Shown in pieces: positions 58,272-64,000 of a DNA stretch of 64,000 nucleotides (position 1 is its first letter; each line of letters starts with the position of its first letter). This stretch comes from Octopus vulgaris (Eukaryota). The stretch lies in contig OX597815.1 of NCBI GenBank assembly GCA_951406725.2, positions 200,942,001 through 201,006,000 of the forward strand, in the 5' to 3' direction. Under the pieces are notes generated by a model. It searched no databases and was not told the DNA's origin. It worked only from the letters and a program-made list of their open reading frames with translations. The translations under genes were made by a program, and so were the position numbers.

Positions 58272-59531
58272 AGTCCTATATAATCTTAACAAGACAAAAT
58301 GAAGTAGATTGACATGTAATTTTTAAATCTGTGGAAGTCACGCTAGATGTTGAAATATCGTTCAACAAAATTCTCATGATAACTATGGTTCTGTTCTGTT
58401 TATTTCTCTATAACTTGTGGAGGAGTTACCTCAGTCCTATATGATCTTAACCAAACAAAAATAAAATTAAATAGACTGACATGTAATATTTGAACCTGTG
58501 GAAGGCACGCTAGAAGCCGAAATATCGTTCAACCTATTTCACACGATAGCTATGGCACTCCGGTATCTGTTTATTTCTTTATAACTTCTGGAGGAGTTAC
58601 CTCAGTCCTGTATAATCTTTAAAATAATGAAATAGACTGACGTGAAATTTTTAAATCTGTGGAAGGCACGCTACATGCCGAAATATCGTTCAATCAATTT
58701 CAAAAGATGACTATGGCAAATTCTGTTTATTCCTCTATAAATTATGGAGGAGTTACATCAGTCCTATATAATGTTAGCAAAAACAAATAATGAAGTAGAC
58801 TGACATGTGATTTTTGAACCTGTGGAAGAGAGGCTAGATGCCGAAATATCGTTCAACCAATTTCACATGATAACTATGGCATTCTTCTATTTATTTCTCT
58901 ATAACCTCAGTCCTATGTAATCTTTAAAAAAAAAAATGAAATTGACTGACGTGTAACTTTTGAACCTGTGGTAGGCACGCCACATGCCTAAATATCGTTC
59001 AACCAATTTCAAATGATGAATATGGCATTCTTCTCTTTATTTCTGTATAACTTCTGGTGGGGGTTACCTCAGTCCAATATTATCTTAAAAAAAAAAAACA
59101 GTGAAATAGACTGACATCTAATTTTTGAACCTGTGGAAGGCAGGCTAGATGCCGAAATATTGTTCAACCAATTTCACATCATAATTTGGTACTCTTCTTT
59201 TTATTTCTGTATAACTTCTGGAGATGTTACCTCAGTCCAACATAATTTTAGGAAAAAAAAAATAGATTGACATGTAATTTTTGAACCTGTGTAAGGTACA
59301 AGAGATGCCGAAATATCGTTCAAACAATTTCATATAACTATGGCATTCTTCTGTTTAATTCTCTATAACTTTTGTAGAAGTTACCTCAATCCTATATCAT
59401 CAGAACGAAAAAGGAAAAAATGGAATAGACTGATATGTAATTTTAGAACCTGTGGAAGGCACGCTAGATACCGAAATATCGTTCAACCAATTTCATATGA
59501 TAAATATGGCATTCTTCTATCTATTTATTTC
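58272..59531 (+). repeat. Tandem array of eight ~146-167 bp units, each with a minimal hammerhead fold (non-LTR retrozyme-like)
   Basis: Units start near 58272, 58433, 58604, 58760, 58909, 59071, 59234 and 59388; shared ATAGACTGACATGTAATTTTTGAACCTGTGGAAGGCACGCTAGATGCCGAAATATCGTTCAACCAATTTCACATGA consensus; an A-tract of variable length in each unit. Confidence 0.9.
59125..59167 (+). ncRNA. Best-preserved variant hammerhead of the array (unit 6)
   Basis: UUGAAC-CUGUGGA-A-GGCA-GGCUAGA-UGCC-GAAA-UA-UU-GUUCAA: perfect 6-bp stem I and 4-bp stem II, palindromic AUAU stem III, U instead of A at core position 6. Confidence 0.6.
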
Positions 59532-59698
59532 TTAATATTAATAATAATAATAACAAAAATAAAAGTATTCACTATTGATAGTTGTGGGATGAATCCAAAT
59601 ACCGAAAGATCAACTTTCAGCAGCAAAATATGGCATTCTTCTATCTAATTTGCCAATATTAACATTATATATATATATATGTGTATATGCGTGTGTTT

Positions 59699-59758
<60 letters not shown>

Positions 59759-59804
59759 GTGTGTGTGTGCGTGTATTTCTTTCCTGATATTCTTATATTT
59801 AATT

Positions 59805-59980
59805 TTTTACTACCCACAAGGGGCTAAACACAGAGGAGACAAACAAGGAGAGACAAAGGGATTAAGTCGATTACATCGATTCCAGTGCGTAACTGTTACT
59901 TAATTTATCGACCCTGAAAGGATGAAAGGCAAAGTCGATCTCGGTGGAATTTGAACTCAGAACGTAACGGCAGACGAAAT
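59805..59980 (-). mobile_element. Family-A SINE, 5'-truncated
   Basis: Reverse-complement match to 745-920. Confidence 0.8.
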
Positions 59981-61859
59981 ATGATATTTTTATATTTACG
60001 CCGAATCATATGATCATATTTTTATATTCAGAAAATCTGGTTTAATCTCTCCTTTTTCCTGTATTTCATTAATCTCTCGAATTAAAAATTCATATGCCAG
60101 GACATTCTACGTATATTCAACATGTTTGGATTCCTCATTTTCTATCTATGAAGACTCTATGTATAGTTCTGTAAATACAATAATATCTTCCTTCATTCTC
60201 TTCAATTTAATTTACATTTTCTCTGTCACATTGTTTTATTTTATAATTTATTCCTCTAATCTGTTATCACCAGAATAGTCGCAAAATTGATTCTGTTTAT
60301 TCGATTAACAACGATAAAGAGTGAGACGATTTTTCTATTTTGTGGAAGAGATGGAATTCCAGGATATATAATGCAATAATTATCTAATGTTTAATCTAAT
60401 ATGCTATGCAAACATTTTGTTATAATTTCGTTATTTTTATTTGTAATTTTCGCTTATTGCTCTGTTTCTTCGTTTAGTTTTGTGGATGAACACTGTCGTA
60501 AGAATGGGTAACGCATTTTTGCACCCGTTCGAAACACAGTCATGAAAAAGAAGAGACAACTTTGGAAAGATTATTATATCGCTTGGCGCCCTGAGTTCGA
60601 ATTCAGTTAAAGTCAAATTTTTATATATTTTGTCGATATAGTAAAAGTGTCGGGTGACAGAATTTGTTCGTCGGGTGAGAATACTTTGGGTATTGTATCG
60701 TTTTTTTTAAAAACTTTTTAACTGCGTAACTAACAAAAACATTGGTGCTAATCTTTCGTTTTACTTTCGACAACGGCCGCTCCGTGGAAAAATGGATTTG
60801 GACAACTGTTGATCCTAACAATGGCTATTGCTAGAGGCTGCATTTGGAGGGTATCCTTTCATGTACAAAATAACAGTGTTTCCTGACGGACGGAATCTAC
60901 GAATTGCAATGGTTTCATTACAGTTGTTTAATGCACTAAAACACAAAACAATTGCAATGAAAACGACAGCTATGTTGGTATTAACACGTGTTAAAGTAAG
61001 CATTAAGGTAATAGTACCCTCAATAACTAATAGTATATTCAAAGAGTTCTATATATATATGCTGGTCTGTATATATCAGACTTTCAACAGAGGTAATATC
61101 AGTGCCTTGTGACACGTTTGCACGCTCTTCCAAGCTGGTTTTAGGGAGGGAGGCATCTCAAAATGGAGAATGTTTGCAACAGAGATCCCTATGCTAAAGT
61201 CACTGGATGTGCAAGGTGCTGGCGTCAAATCGGGAGATATGGACGTCTTCCAACATAGTTGACAATAGCAGGATTCGAAATCAGAACGCAAAATACAGGG
61301 GCAAATAACAGAAAGTATCCGGTCCTACGGTCATAGATTTTCTTCGACCCATCACTTCACACTTGTAATGCTTATCTGCCTCGTATCGATGTAATACATC
61401 TTTCGCCTCTGGAACTCAACACGCTGTAAGCAGAACTATATACTACCAGATATTCTATTTGACACTCAACCCACCTTTCAGAAATATCATCAAATGTGCT
61501 GGGAAGAGAAGTTTTGTATTTTAGTACAGTGTCATAACAGACTTATCGGCACCGTAATTGTAACAGAATAGTTCACATCGATTTGCTATATAGTTTCATG
61601 GCTTGAGAATGTTGGAGATTGTTGCGCCATGAAAATGTGTTCATCTAATATCCAGGTGGCACTTACGAGTTTGTACGCATATGTCCGTGTGTCTGTGCAT
61701 GTGTGTGTATGTGTGAGTCAATGTATTTCATGTTGTGTCAGTGTTTTGCGTGTCGGTATTTTACGAATATTCTGTGGTAGATAGAAGTTCTCTATTCTGC
61801 ATCGCCTACAAGCTGAGTGGTGCATAGAAAAATGAACGATATCTTTTAATTTACATCAT

Positions 61860-62363
<504 letters not shown>

Positions 62364-63512
62364 AACTACTGTGCCCAGAATAAACGATACGAGCAAGATG
62401 ATCATGCTCCTGATAATTTTTGTAGATTTTGCTAAAACTGAAATGAACTCTGCTGCAGCAGTGACATCCTTAATCAACTAATTCCTTCTGGGACCAGTAC
62501 GAGTATGCTTGTGATTTTGTAAGGTTATTATACATTTGCAGTTAATTAGCCTAGCTTTACAGATAAGATTACATCTTATATACACTCAAGTTCCTCACAA
62601 TGATTTGATAGCCAGTACCAGAAATCAACACATTTATCACATTATGGATGAATTAATTGCTAAGCGTTTTGACGTAAGGTAACATTATACACCATAAGAA
62701 GCAATTTGGGATATAAATTTACTCTAACAAGATACGTCGTTATCTACTACATTAAATGTGGTTCTAATACAGATAAAATATCAAGATTTAAAAGTTGACA
62801 GATTAAATAGACTGCGGTAGCTAGCATGCGATACTAGGGCTGTTTATTTAATTGGTGACGCACTTGTATCTTATGGCATACATGCGAGGTTCCATAACTG
62901 TCAAGTTTTCCTAGTCTCTAGTTTCAACTTTATATTATAACTACAATCATTATTACAATAGTGTAAGAGATTTGTGGCGAAATCTGTGTGATTAAAACTA
63001 ATATCAATGTATGTCGTATCTGTGCAGTATCTTCTATTAATAATTAGTTTCTCCCAAACATTATACAAAATAATATATATATATTTAACTTACTGCTAAG
63101 CATTTAGGAATTATTTATGAAATATGCTCTTCGAAATATATCTTATAAACACACGCTTAGATAGGATAAAAAGATAAGGACCCTTTTTGTGTTATAAATA
63201 CTCACAGGGCCGCTTTCCCGGTTTCCGGGGAGCATGTATTCCCCAACCTGAACTTGATGGACTCCGTCGCCGATTATTTATTTTTGCTTGCTGACTGGAC
63301 TAGAGTAACGTAAAATGAAGGGTCTAGTTCTAGAGTGGAATGCGTCACACAGTCTTGGAATCGAAAACAAAACCTGACGATGAGGTGTTCAAAAACACTG
63401 ACCACAAAGCCACACGCCTCCAGACAAATGCTAGAGGTCTTTAATATATGTTTGACATTCGATGTACATATATATATATATAGATATATATATAAAAATA
63501 TATATATATATA

Positions 63513-64000
63513 TTGGGTCGTCATTTAAAAAAGGGTGTGGAATGTGTGGATAGGGGTATCAAGGAAGAGAGGAGGAAGATAGAAGTCAAGAGATGAAGTG
63601 GGTGTCACATGAAGGGAGTTGAATCCGTGCGAACAGAGAAAATTAATTCAGGTTCACGGCGAAGGCGGGAGTCCGGATGGCCCCTGTGCAAAGACAGTCC
63701 GAACATATAGATGTTGTAGTGAATGACCGGTAGAGCGGAAATGGCCCAAGACCTGGGTGTCTTTGCCGAGTCTGATATCTCGGGGGTGTTCAGGGAATGG
63801 TAGAAAGAGCAGGAGATGCAGCAAATGACGTTACTAGGTGATGAGATAGGGACGATGAAGGGTGCCAGTGAGGATGGTGGACAGTTCAAGATGTAGGAAT
63901 AAGTGGTCGGGGGCAGGGGAACGACCCAGGCTGGGAGGTGGGGCTAGGGAAGAAACAGTGAACCAGTAGCTCACGCAAGTTATGGACTCATTTGAAGGAG
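63513..64000 (-). pseudogene. Decayed GIY-YIG endonuclease C-terminal region of a Penelope-like retroelement (continues beyond the window)
   Basis: SSPSNVICCISCSFYHSL...FGLSLHRGHPDSRLRREPELIFSVRT resembles the PLE pattern SSNVIYCISC..C..LY and R..RE..LIF.L.T; followed by a C-rich tail ending at (TA)n. Confidence 0.7.

Noticed and set aside
58272-59531. CRISPR array interpretation of the periodic repeat
   Set aside because: The segments between conserved blocks are homologous to each other rather than unique spacers; no cas genes; eukaryotic context.
59340-59648. 102-aa ORF over the array end
   Set aside because: Other units contain stops and frame-breaking indels; no protein motif.
60815-61291. 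Short non-repetitive ORFs on both strands (also 50190-50330 and 28002-28202)
   Set aside because: No recognisable homology and no convincing paired splice sites.

Overview
Gene-poor, AT-rich eukaryotic DNA whose repeat content (tRNA-headed Nin/Deu-domain and CORE-type SINEs, dense (TA)n/(CA)n/(GATA)n/(AAT)n microsatellites) is most consistent with an octopus or other cephalopod genome (inference). No intact host gene is recognisable; most listed ORFs are microsatellite artefacts. Mobile DNA dominates: a 5'-truncated R4/Dong-type RT-RLE LINE and several related fragments sitting in (AAT)n runs (16.5-23.7 kb), decayed Tc1-like, DUF4817/mariner-like, hAT and Chapaev3-like transposase genes, non-autonomous Helitrons, an RTE 3' end, and Penelope-like (GIY-YIG) remnants beside (TA)n runs. 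The most striking signal is RNA-level. At 58.27-59.53 kb, eight tandem ~146-167 bp units each carry a minimal type-I hammerhead ribozyme fold with a non-canonical CUGUGGA-A core (consensus UUGAAC-CUGUGGA-A-GGCA-loop-UGCC-GAAA-UAUC-GUUCAA), i.e. a candidate retrozyme/circRNA-generating array. About nine further dispersed hammerhead-like motifs occur in Penelope-type termini, including one in a tRNA-headed element and a head-to-head pair inside a 316-bp palindrome. All structures were paired by eye and none has been tested.
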